Shown one piece after another: positions 52,115 through 60,864 of a stretch of DNA of 64,000 nucleotides (positions are counted from its first letter, which is position 1; each line of letters begins with the position of its first letter). The DNA is taken from contig JALNZW010000004.1 of assembly GCA_023229115.1 (NCBI GenBank), positions 40,197 through 104,196 on the forward strand, given 5' to 3'. Source of the stretch: Patescibacteria group bacterium (lineage in GTDB: Bacteria; Patescibacteriota; Patescibacteriia; Patescibacteriales; UBA12465). Position numbers and translations under genes: made by a program. The notes beneath the pieces are model-generated. The model saw only the letters and a program-made list of their open reading frames with translations. It was not told where the DNA came from and ran no database searches.

Positions 52115-52192
52115 ACACATATTATATAGACAAGGAAAATTTTTTCCTTATTTTTTAGTGAATACTTATTTTGAGTTTATAAAAATAAATAT

Positions 52193-52537
52193 ATGCAAGA
52201 TTTAAAAGAAGTTATTAAGGAGTTAAAACCTGGAATGACTATCAGGGTTTATCAAAAAATCAAAGAATTAAACACCAAAGGAGAGGAAAAAGAAAGAGTT
52301 CAATATTTTGAAGGTATTATTATTGCCAAAAAACACGGAAGTGAAGCTGGTGGAACAATTACTGTTAGAAAGGTTTCTGATGGAATTGGAGTTGAAAAAA
52401 TATTTCCATTAAACTTACCAACCATAACCAAAATAGAAATTAAAAAAGAAGCAACTGTTAGAAGGGCAAAGCTTTCTTTCTTAAAGAAAAAGGGTTATAA
52501 AAGAAAATTAAAAGAAAGGGTTGTTAAAAAATCATAG
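52193..52537 (+). CDS. rplS: 50S ribosomal protein L19
   Basis: LKPGMTIRVYQKIKE...RVQYFEGIIIAKKHGSEAGGTITVRKVSDGIGVEKIFPLNLPTITKIEI. Confidence 0.92.
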   Translation: MQDLKEVIKELKPGMTIRVYQKIKELNTKGEEKERVQYFEGIIIAKKHGSEAGGTITVRKVSDGIGVEKIFPLNLPTITKIEIKKEATVRRAKLSFLKKKGYKRKLKERVVKKS

Positions 52538-52552
52538 TTAGTATCCCTTGGC

Positions 52553-52637
52553 GGGCGAGTGGTGAAATTGGTAGACACGCAAGCTTGAGGGGTTTGTGGC
52601 CATTGTGGCCGTGGAAGTTCAAATCTTCTCTCGCCCA
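52553..52637 (+). tRNA. tRNA-Leu (anticodon GAG)
   Basis: Acceptor GGGCGAG/CTCGCCC, anticodon stem CAAGC/GTTTG (one G-U pair) with loop TTGAGGG, long variable arm TGGCCATTGTGGCCG, T-loop TTCAAAT, discriminator A. Confidence 0.85.
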
Positions 52638-52650
52638 CAAAACACATTTA

Positions 52651-52724
52651 GGGCGCATAGCTCAGTTGGCTAGAGCACTTCGTTTACACCGAAGGGGTCC
52701 AGGGTTCGAGTCCTTGTGCGCCCA
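52651..52724 (+). tRNA. tRNA-Val (anticodon TAC)
   Basis: Acceptor GGGCGCA/TGCGCCC, anticodon stem CTTCG/CGAAG with loop TTTACAC, T-arm CAGGGTTCGAGTCCTTG. Confidence 0.9.
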
Positions 52725-52725
52725 C

Positions 52726-52908
52726 TACACAAAAATCATCCAAATTTATTTGGATGATTTTTGTTTTATGTTTATTTGTACAAGGACTCGAAAGCCGGAG
52801 GCAATGCACCCTTGTACACCGCCGATCGGGCCGGAGAGCTTAGCGAGCGCAAACTACAAAGAAGTTAGGCGAAGCTTAGTTACCGTAACCGAGTCTTTAT
52901 ACACCAAC
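52726..52908 (+). other. GC-rich element B, homolog of element A, ending in an AT-decayed copy of the tRNA-Val 3' end
   Basis: Hairpin ATCATCCAAAT/ATTTGGATGAT at about 52735-52760. Core blocks GGACTCGAAAGCCGGAGG, CACCGCC...GGAGAG, GAGCGCAA and ACCGAGTC are shared with element A. CGAGTCTTTATACACCAAC (52890-52908) matches the tRNA's CGAGTCCTTGTGCGCCCAC (52707-52725) at 14 of 19 positions, and all mismatches are GC to AT. Confidence 0.55.
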
Positions 52909-52938
52909 ATAAAAAAGACGGAAAATTTCCATCTTTTT
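52906..52938. terminator. Imperfect bidirectional terminator hairpin
   Basis: AAAAAAGACGGAAAATTTCCATCTTTTTT, with stem GGAAA/TTTCC extended by AGA/TCT, flanked by A and T runs. Lies downstream of the minus-strand pilin-FISUMP gene. Confidence 0.5.
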
Positions 52939-52953
52939 TATGTGTATGTTTAT

Positions 52954-54087
52954 TTAATCTTTTAAACAGCGAATCGAAAGAGCAAAACCATCAAGATGAA
53001 AATATCTACTAAGATTAGAATAAGTAGCCATAAAACTACGGAACCAAGAATCATCAACACCGTTTTTAGAAGATGACCAAATAATTGAAGTCGTCCCAAT
53101 ATTAAAAAAACTACCATTAGTATTAAAATAACCGGCTGGCAAAACATTAAATTCACTAACGCCAAAATTTATATGACTTTTTAAAGGTCCATCGTTCCAC
53201 AAGTCATAATTACCCACTAATTTAGAAGCAACATCCTCCCCTCTCAAGTTTGTATTATCCCAGATAGGATCGTTTAAACCATAAAAAGAGTCTGTGTTCC
53301 CTTCAATAATTTTCCATTCTTCATCTGTCGGCACATGCCAACCATCAGGACATAGCCCTTGGCTTCCTTCAGTTATAGATCCATTCATTGCAGCACTCCA
53401 CTGATAAAGCAAACCATATATATCACAATTACTAAAATCATTATTATAACAATCACACCAGCCTTCATCTGAATCATTTACCCAAGTAACAGAAGAACAA
53501 CCATTGTCATAATTTAGATTCTCAGCCATCCAAATTTGATCTCCTATTTTTACCCAATCATATTCTTGACTATCCCTTGCATCTATAAAAGTGCCTGATA
53601 TGCCAGAGAATGGATCTTGTGGTTCTTCTTCTCCGCCTGATTCACTGCTACCAAATATTATTCCTCCCGGAGTCATTTGTTTAGCTCCTTCTGGTAGGTC
53701 GGATACTTGTTTACCAGTACAGAAATCAATAGTGTAAGTAGCTCCATTATTTTGAGGTATGTAGGTATAAGTATTAGAAGCTTCTAGACAATCTCCATCA
53801 GCGGGGGTAGGGGCAGTTGGAATAGAGTACATAAATGTTTCTTGAGAAGTAGAAGAAACTATAGAGCCACTATTCCATTCTTCTTGAGTGGGATATCTTC
53901 CATACTTATTAGCAAATAATTCCAGAGCTGTATGTATTTGTTTCATGTCAGCCATTCTTTTGGCATCTCTAGCATTTTGTCGTGCTTGCTGTAGAGCGAC
54001 AACAGCTAAAGTAGCCAGTATACCAATAATAGCGATTACCACTAAGAGCTCAATTAATGTAAAGGCTCTTTTCTTAGTGACTAACAT
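52954..54087 (-). CDS. Type IV pilin-like protein (prepilin N-terminal methylation motif) fused to a FISUMP (Fibrobacter succinogenes major paralogous) domain
   Basis: N-terminus [27 protein letters not shown] (class III signal with E+5). C-terminal half [22 protein letters not shown]...[10 protein letters not shown]...[17 protein letters not shown] matches the FISUMP/TIGR02145 pattern. Confidence 0.8.
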   Translation of the reverse strand: MLVTKKRAFTLIELLVVIAIIGILATLAVVALQQARQNARDAKRMADMKQIHTALELFANKYGRYPTQEEWNSGSIVSSTSQETFMYSIPTAPTPADGDCLEASNTYTYIPQNNGATYTIDFCTGKQVSDLPEGAKQMTPGGIIFGSSESGGEEEPQDPFSGISGTFIDARDSQEYDWVKIGDQIWMAENLNYDNGCSSVTWVNDSDEGWCDCYNNDFSNCDIYGLLYQWSAAMNGSITEGSQGLCPDGWHVPTDEEWKIIEGNTDSFYGLNDPIWDNTNLRGEDVASKLVGNYDLWNDGPLKSHINFGVSEFNVLPAGYFNTNGSFFNIGTTSIIWSSSKNGVDDSWFRSFMATYSNLSRYFHLDGFALSIRCLKD

Positions 54088-54304
54088 AATGTTTGATTTA
54101 TTTTTTTAAGTGCCAGTGTCTAAAAGAGGTGTTGTTTATATTTATATTATAGCAGAAAAATAGATTAATAAAAAATTATTTTCTATAAAAAAGAAAAATA
54201 AATTTATTCACATCTTATAAACAATTGCTAAACAAAAAAAGTGATTGTTCAAACTTGTTTTTTTTACTATAATAGGATTAATTTTTAAACTTAAGAAAAG
54301 AACT

Positions 54305-55681
54305 ATGACCAACGATCAAATTTGGCAAGCCGTTCTTGGCGAACTAGAGATAGGAATATCCAGGGCTAACTTTATTACCTGGTTTAAAAACACTTTTATA
54401 TACAGTATAGAAGAAGAAATAGTCACAATCTCTGTGCCCAATGATTTTGCCAAAAGATGGTTGGAACAAAAATATTGCAAAGCCATAAAATCTTCTCTCG
54501 AAAAAATAACTGAAAAAAAAATAAAAGAAATTATTTATAAAATAAATTTAGAAAAAAAAGAAGAGTCAAAAGAAGATAAAAAAAACCCAGGAGAAATTAA
54601 AACAAAAATTAAAGAAGAAATTAACAACACCCCTTGTGAACAAAAAACAAATTTGGGAAATTCTGGCCTTAACCCAAAATATTCTTTTAATAGTTTTATT
54701 ATAGGAAAAGCCAACGAATTAGCCTGCGCTGCTTGCCAAGCAATTATTAAAAACCCGGGGAAGTCATATAATCCTCTTTTTATTTATGGTGGAGTTGGTT
54801 TAGGAAAAACTCATTTATTACAAGCAGTTGGAAATGAGTTTATAATAATGAACAAAAAAGTTTTATATACGACCAGCGAACAATTTACCAATAATTATAT
54901 TGACTCCATTAAAAGTGGGCGTGCCAAAGAGTTTAAAAATTTATATAGAAATGTAGATCTTCTTTTAATAGATGATGTTCAATTCATGGGCGGAAAAGAT
55001 GGAACTCAAGAAGAATTTTTTCACACTTTTAATCAATTACAACAAGGAGATAAACAAATTATATTATCTTCCGATAGACCACCCAAAGCCATCCCAGCTA
55101 TTGAAAAAAGACTTATCTCTAGATTTGAATCTGGAATGGTGGCTGATATTGGAAAACCAGATGTTGAAACTAAAATAGCTATATTAGAAAAAAAGGCCAG
55201 AGAAAGAAATTATATATTAGAGGAAGAAATATTAAAATATATTTCTAATAGTATTCAAAACAACATCAGAGAATTAGAAGGCGCCCTTAACAAAGTTATT
55301 GCTTATCATGAATTTCACAACATAAGCCCAAACATAAAAACAGTAAAAAACATTTTAAATGATTTAACAAATAACAACCAAATTAAACCAATAATACCAA
55401 AAGATATAATTGAAGTTGTTTGCCAATATTATAATATAAGCAACAAAGACATGCTGGGAGAAAAAAGAAAAAAAGAATTAGTACTTCCCAGACAAGTGGC
55501 TATTTTCTTAATGAGAGAAGAACTCAGCACCTCTTATCCAAGCATTGGTGAAGAATTAGGGGGAAGAGACCACACAACCGCGATTCACTCTTACAACAAA
55601 ATAAATAAAGAAAAAGAAGAAAACGAAAAATTAAACCAAGAAATAATATCTATTAAACAACTTTTATATGGATCACTTTAG
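54305..55681 (+). CDS. dnaA: Chromosomal replication initiator protein DnaA
   Basis: Contains IWQAVLGELE..., Walker A GGVGLGKTHLLQA, box VII/sensor regions, and the C-terminal DNA-binding helix GGRDHTTAIHSYNKI. ATG at 54305 preferred over the track start at 54245. Confidence 0.93.
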   Translation: MTNDQIWQAVLGELEIGISRANFITWFKNTFIYSIEEEIVTISVPNDFAKRWLEQKYCKAIKSSLEKITEKKIKEIIYKINLEKKEESKEDKKNPGEIKTKIKEEINNTPCEQKTNLGNSGLNPKYSFNSFIIGKANELACAACQAIIKNPGKSYNPLFIYGGVGLGKTHLLQAVGNEFIIMNKKVLYTTSEQFTNNYIDSIKSGRAKEFKNLYRNVDLLLIDDVQFMGGKDGTQEEFFHTFNQLQQGDKQIILSSDRPPKAIPAIEKRLISRFESGMVADIGKPDVETKIAILEKKARERNYILEEEILKYISNSIQNNIRELEGALNKVIAYHEFHNISPNIKTVKNILNDLTNNNQIKPIIPKDIIEVVCQYYNISNKDMLGEKRKKELVLPRQVAIFLMREELSTSYPSIGEELGGRDHTTAIHSYNKINKEKEENEKLNQEIISIKQLLYGSL

Positions 55682-55968
55682 CTGTTATTAAAATCTTAAA
55701 AACTAAAATTAATCTGTTGATATCTGGTTTATAAATAATAATTTTTTTGTGTAAAAGATATTTAAAACTTCTAACAACTTGTTAACAAAAAAAGTAAAAA
55801 AATTTTTATCAACAAAAAGTCATAGTTAAGTAAGAAATAAAACACAAGCAAGTTAACAGCCAAAATTTAAAAAAAGACCAATTAAAAGAAACAAAATTAA
55901 CAAAAACAAAAGTTATTAACAGGCCTTATTATTATTATTAGTTTATATATATAAATTATACAAAAAAT
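55682..55968. other. Candidate oriC (dnaA-dnaN spacer with DnaA-box-like repeats and AT-rich unwinding region)
   Basis: Box-like 9-mers: TGTTGATAT (55715-55723, reverse orientation), TTGTTAACA (55779-55787), TTATCAACA (55806-55814), AAGTTAACA (55850-55858), AAATTAACA (55894-55902), TTATTAACA (55913-55921). An ATTATTATTATTAGTTTATATATATAAATTATA tract follows at 55928-55960. Confidence 0.5.
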
Positions 55969-57093
55969 ATGAAGCTAACCAGTTTGAAAGAAAATTTAAA
56001 ACAAGGTTTATCTATTGTTGGACATCTAACAACCAAAAATATAAATTTACCAATTCTTAATAATATTCTTTTTAGAGCAAAAAAAGAAGGACTAGAACTA
56101 ATTTCAACTAATTTAGAAATAAGTATTGTTCATTTTTTAAGATCCAAGGTTGATCAAGAAGGTGAAATAGCAATTGATTCTAAAATAATAAACGATTATG
56201 TTTCTTTGTTGCCAGAAGAAAAAATAGAAATAGAAACTGTTAATGACGAGTTAAAAATAAAATGTAAAAACTATAAAACAAAAATAAACACTCAAAACAG
56301 TAAAGACTTTCCACTTATTCCGGTTGTTGAAAATGAAAATTGTTTTTATGTAAAAACAGATGAATTTAAAAAAGCCGTAGGAAGTGTTTCTTTTGCAGTT
56401 GCCCCTAGTGATGGTCGGCCAGAGATATCGGGAATATTTTTTTCTTTAATAAATAAAAATATTTTTTTAGTTGCGACCGATAGTTATCGTTTAGCCGAAA
56501 AAAGTATTTCTTTTACTTCTGATAAAAATTTAGATGACAAAAAATTTATAGTTCCAGCTAAAACAATTCAAGAGGTTATTAGAGTGTTAAATAATTTTAA
56601 AGATGATGAACAAATAGAAAATGTGGATAATATAAAAATTTGTTTTAATGAAAATCAAATTTCTTTTTCCTTTGGTTCTTCTTTTTTGATTTCTAGATTG
56701 ATCATTGGAAGTTATCCAGATTATAAACAAATAATTCCAAACAATAAAAAAACTGAGATTTTAGTTAATAGGTCTGAAATTATTAGAGCAATAAAAGCGG
56801 CTGGACTTTTTTCTAAAACAGGAATAAATGATGTTGGTTTATCAAGTAAAAAAGATAAATTAATTGTTTTCTCTAATTCCTCTCAACTTGGAGAAAACTT
56901 TGTTGAAATTGATTGTAAAACAAAAGGAGAAGAAATGGAATTGTTTATAAATTATAAATATCTTTTAGACGGTTTAAATAATATTTCAGAAGAAGAAATT
57001 CTTTTATCTTTTTTAGATAGAAATACTCCCTGTAAAATAGAGACAAAGAAAGATGATAAGTTTTTATATATTGTTATGCCGATAAGACAATAA
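55969..57093 (+). CDS. dnaN: DNA polymerase III beta sliding clamp
   Basis: 374 aa directly after dnaA with a three-domain clamp pattern (LPILNNILF..., ATDSYRLAE, YIVMPIR C-terminus). Confidence 0.9.
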   Translation: MKLTSLKENLKQGLSIVGHLTTKNINLPILNNILFRAKKEGLELISTNLEISIVHFLRSKVDQEGEIAIDSKIINDYVSLLPEEKIEIETVNDELKIKCKNYKTKINTQNSKDFPLIPVVENENCFYVKTDEFKKAVGSVSFAVAPSDGRPEISGIFFSLINKNIFLVATDSYRLAEKSISFTSDKNLDDKKFIVPAKTIQEVIRVLNNFKDDEQIENVDNIKICFNENQISFSFGSSFLISRLIIGSYPDYKQIIPNNKKTEILVNRSEIIRAIKAAGLFSKTGINDVGLSSKKDKLIVFSNSSQLGENFVEIDCKTKGEEMELFINYKYLLDGLNNISEEEILLSFLDRNTPCKIETKKDDKFLYIVMPIRQ

Positions 57094-57175
57094 ATGTATT
57101 GCTAAGTTGTAGTAAATAATGTATAATTTAATTGTTAGAACATTTTAAAAACTAATAAAAATTAATTTAATTTTT

Positions 57176-57313
57176 ATGAGCGAAAAAAAAGAAATTAAAA
57201 TTGGTAAAGATTTTGCCTCTTTAGTAACTGGTTTTGTTTTGGGATTTTTAATCGCATTTGCGATTTGTTGGAACACAATCTCTTACATTATTAGAGTTGC
57301 AATGGAAAAATAA
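57176..57313 (+). CDS. Small hydrophobic protein candidate (45 aa; not in ORF track)
   Basis: Manual translation gives MSEKKEIKIGKDFASLVTGFVLGFLIAFAICWNTISYIIRVAMEK, with one TM. Followed by hairpin AGCCGT/ACGGCT (57320-57336). Confidence 0.3.
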   Translation: MSEKKEIKIGKDFASLVTGFVLGFLIAFAICWNTISYIIRVAMEK

Positions 57314-57339
57314 TCTCTAGCCGTTTTTAAACGGCTAAA

Positions 57340-57413
<74 letters not shown>

Positions 57414-57542
57414 CTAATGATTGTCTATAATAGTGTGGACATAAATCACTTTTATTCTTTATTTTTGTTAATATTAGCAAAAATTTTTTAGTTGATAAAG
57501 TGTGGAGAATATTGCTTAAAACATTAATATTTTCTTAAAAAA

Positions 57543-58880
57543 ATGAAAGACATCCAAAAACTAAAAAAAGAAAAAGGGTTTTACCTAGTTTCGGTCGATA
57601 TGGGTTATGGTCATCAAAGGGCGGCTTATCCTTTTTTAGATCTAGCGGAGGGTGGTATTATAACAGTTAACAACTATCCTGAGGCTAGTGATGAAGAAAA
57701 AGAAATTTGGAAAAAAGATAGGGTTAACTATGAGGCAATTTCAAAATTTAAGGCAGTTCCAATATTTGGAAGTGCTGTTTTTTCTATAATGGATTATTTT
57801 CAAAAGATAGATCCATTTTATCCTCGAAGAGATTTGTCAGAAAACAGCATTCAACAAAAACATTTTTTTAAGAAGGTTAAAAAGGGTGTGGGAAAAAATT
57901 TAATTGAAAAATTAAATAAAAATCCATTACCGATGGTAACAACTTTTTTTGTTGCTGCTTATTTTGCAGAACATTATAATTATCAAGGAAAAATATATTG
58001 TATAATTTGTGATGCTGATATTTCTCGAGCTTGGGCACCAATAAAGCCAAAAAGCAGTAGAGTTATTTATTTGGCGCCAAACCTAAGAGTTAAAGAAAGG
58101 CTTATTCTTTATGGTGTTAAACAAGAAAATATTTATGTCACTGGTTTTCCTCTTCCCAAGGAAAATATAGGAGATAGTCAAAAAATTTTAAAGAATGATC
58201 TCAAAAAAAGATTAGCTGTTTTAGACCCCTTTTTGTTTTATAGAAATAAATATAAAAAATTAATAGAGGCTTATCTTTGCCCTAAATGTGAAATTAAAAA
58301 AGCTGACCGTCCTTTAACTTTAACTTTTGCTATTGGAGGAGCTGGAGCTCAAAAGGAGGTTGGCAAGACAATTCTTAAAAAATTAAAAAATAAAATAATT
58401 GAAAAAAAAATAAAATTAAATTTAGTCGCTGGTTCTCGTAAAGATGTTTATGATTTTTATCTTAAGGTTTTAAAAGAAGAGTTTCTTAATAATAATGATT
58501 TTGTTTCTTTGATATATAATTCTGATAAAATGAAATATTTTAAAGAATTTAATTTAAAACTTAGAACAACTGATATTTTATGGACCAAGCCTTCAGAATT
58601 AAGCTTTTACGCAGGACTTGGAATTCCTATTATAATGTCAGAACCAATTGGATCTCAGGAGCACTATAATAGAAGATGGCTTTTGGGTATTGGCGCTGGC
58701 GTTGATAGCAAAAATCCTCAATATGTTGACGAGTGGCTATTTGATTTTTTAAATTCTGGTTGGTTAGCAGAGGCTGCTATGAGTGGCTTTTTAAATGCTC
58801 CAAAAATGGGAACTTATAATATCGAAAATATAGTTCTCTATAATAAGATTAACGAAATAGATCAAACTAGAATAATGTAA
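57543..58880 (+). CDS. Putative GT-B-fold glycosyltransferase (MGDG-synthase/GT28-like)
   Basis: N-terminal SVDMGYGHQRAAYP resembles the G-x-G-H motif of diacylglycerol glycosyltransferases, and a mid-protein GGAGAQKE is present. The call is tentative. Confidence 0.4.
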   Translation: MKDIQKLKKEKGFYLVSVDMGYGHQRAAYPFLDLAEGGIITVNNYPEASDEEKEIWKKDRVNYEAISKFKAVPIFGSAVFSIMDYFQKIDPFYPRRDLSENSIQQKHFFKKVKKGVGKNLIEKLNKNPLPMVTTFFVAAYFAEHYNYQGKIYCIICDADISRAWAPIKPKSSRVIYLAPNLRVKERLILYGVKQENIYVTGFPLPKENIGDSQKILKNDLKKRLAVLDPFLFYRNKYKKLIEAYLCPKCEIKKADRPLTLTFAIGGAGAQKEVGKTILKKLKNKIIEKKIKLNLVAGSRKDVYDFYLKVLKEEFLNNNDFVSLIYNSDKMKYFKEFNLKLRTTDILWTKPSELSFYAGLGIPIIMSEPIGSQEHYNRRWLLGIGAGVDSKNPQYVDEWLFDFLNSGWLAEAAMSGFLNAPKMGTYNIENIVLYNKINEIDQTRIM

Positions 58881-58896
58881 TTTATTAAAAAATAAA

Positions 58897-59847
58897 ATGA
58901 ACTGGTTATTTCTAACAATTATTTCTTATTTAATGCTGGCTCTTGTTAATTTGGGTGATAAGTTTGTGATTGATAAACTTTTAAAAAGCAGCAAGGCTTA
59001 CGCTTTCTCAATTGGAGTTCTTGGTTCTTTGGTTTTTTTAGCTGCCCCCTGGTTTTTAGAATGGCCAGGATTTTTATTATTATTGATTAACTTTTTAGCG
59101 GGCGCTTTTTTTGTTTTTGCTCTTTGGTTGATGTACGAGGCTTTAAAGCAGGGAGAAGCTTCTAGAGTGGTAATTGTTATTGGAGGTATTATTCCTATTT
59201 TTACAATTACTTTTTCTGTTTTTTTTCTAAAGGAACAATTTTCTTCTCATCAGTGGTTAGGATTTTTGCTTCTAATAGTTGGAACTTTAATAATCTCTTT
59301 TATAGTTAGTAAAAAGAAAAAATTTTTAATCTTTATTGAAAAATTAAAATTATTATTTAAGGGGAATTATAAAAAAAAATGGATTATTTTATCTATAGTT
59401 GCTGCTCTTTTTTATTCTTTGTTTTTTATAACAACTAAACATGCCTATGAACAACAAAGCTTTCTAAGTTCTTTTCTTTGGATTAGATTGGGGGGTCTTT
59501 TTGTTTCTCTTCTTTTTTTGATAGACAAAGATAGCCGAAAAGAAATTATAAAAAGCTTTACTAAAAAATCAAAAAACAAGGCTAAGATTGGAAAGGGCTT
59601 TGTTGTTATAAATCAGGCTTTAGGATCATTGGCTTTTATAATACAAAATTATGCTATCTATCTTGGCCCAGTGGCTCTAATAAATGCTTTACAAGGAATT
59701 CAGTATGCTTTTTTATTAATAATTGGAATATTTTTTTCTTTATTTTTTCCTAAAGTATTAAAAGAGGATATTTCCCAAAAAACATTGTTTAAGAAAGTTT
59801 TAGCAATCTTAATTATTGGTTTTGGTTTATATTTCATAACAATATGA
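58897..59847 (+). CDS. EamA/DMT-superfamily-like membrane protein
   Basis: 316 aa with about 10 TM segments in two similar halves. Confidence 0.5.
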   Translation: MNWLFLTIISYLMLALVNLGDKFVIDKLLKSSKAYAFSIGVLGSLVFLAAPWFLEWPGFLLLLINFLAGAFFVFALWLMYEALKQGEASRVVIVIGGIIPIFTITFSVFFLKEQFSSHQWLGFLLLIVGTLIISFIVSKKKKFLIFIEKLKLLFKGNYKKKWIILSIVAALFYSLFFITTKHAYEQQSFLSSFLWIRLGGLFVSLLFLIDKDSRKEIIKSFTKKSKNKAKIGKGFVVINQALGSLAFIIQNYAIYLGPVALINALQGIQYAFLLIIGIFFSLFFPKVLKEDISQKTLFKKVLAILIIGFGLYFITI

Positions 59848-60857
59848 TTTCTTTTTTTAAAAAGACTATAAATTTATTTATTTTTTTTATTATTATTTTA
59901 TCTCTCGCTTTTTTTGCTATAAAAGTTCCAGATTATTATCCTAAAAATATAGAAGAGCCCTTACCTAAAAATTTTTTTGGAGTTACTTATTCAAAAAAAT
60001 ATGCCACAGAATTGGGGTTGGATTGGAAGGAGATTTATTTAAAAATGTTAAATGATTTAAATGTGAAGTATGTGCGCCTACCTGTTTATTGGGATGATAT
60101 AGAAAAAGTGGAGGGAATTTTTGATTTTAGTGATTATCTTTTTATGATTGAAGAAGGGGAAAAAAGAAATGTTGAATTTATATTAAGTTTTGGCATGAAA
60201 ACTCCCAGATGGCCAGAGTGTCATATTCCTGAATGGATAAATATTGCTGACGAAGATTTTTTACAAGAAAAAACTCTTGTTATGATCGAACAAACTGTTA
60301 AAACTTTTCAAGACTTCAGTTCAATATATTATTTTCAAGTAGAGAATGAACCACTTTTAAATACTTTTGGCATTTGTCCTAAATCTGATTATAATTTTTT
60401 AAAAAAAGAAGTGGAGCTAGTTAGAAACCTTAATAATCGTCCAATAATTATATCTGCCACGGGAGAGCTTAGTTTTTGGTCACGTGAATCAGGTTTAGCA
60501 GATGTCTTTGGAACAACTATGTACCGAATAGTTCATAATCCTTTTTTGGGCTATATTAAGTATCCATACTTTGAAAGTTTTTATAAAAGCAAAGCCAAAG
60601 CTCTAAAGCTTCAACTGGAAAATGTTTTTATAGTAGAATTGCAAGCAGAACCATGGATTTCTTTAGGGGAAATTTTGAAAACCGACGGAACAGAGCATTT
60701 AAAATCATTTAGTATTGATCAATTTAGAGCTAATTTGAGATTTGCGGCTAATACTGGTTTTGCTAGAACTTATCTATGGGGCGTTGAGTGGTGGTATTTT
60801 AGAGACATAATTGTAGGTGATTCAAGCTATTTGGATTTAGCCAAAGAACTATTTTAA
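59844..60857 (+). CDS. Membrane-anchored clan GH-A (GH5/GH42-like) glycoside hydrolase-like protein
   Basis: N-terminal TM followed by a TIM-barrel-like pattern (VKYVRLPVYWDDIEKVEGIFDFSDY..., FQVENEP catalytic-acid-type motif). 4-nt overlap with the upstream gene. Confidence 0.5.
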   Translation: MISFFKKTINLFIFFIIILSLAFFAIKVPDYYPKNIEEPLPKNFFGVTYSKKYATELGLDWKEIYLKMLNDLNVKYVRLPVYWDDIEKVEGIFDFSDYLFMIEEGEKRNVEFILSFGMKTPRWPECHIPEWINIADEDFLQEKTLVMIEQTVKTFQDFSSIYYFQVENEPLLNTFGICPKSDYNFLKKEVELVRNLNNRPIIISATGELSFWSRESGLADVFGTTMYRIVHNPFLGYIKYPYFESFYKSKAKALKLQLENVFIVELQAEPWISLGEILKTDGTEHLKSFSIDQFRANLRFAANTGFARTYLWGVEWWYFRDIIVGDSSYLDLAKELF

Positions 60858-60864
60858 TAAATTT

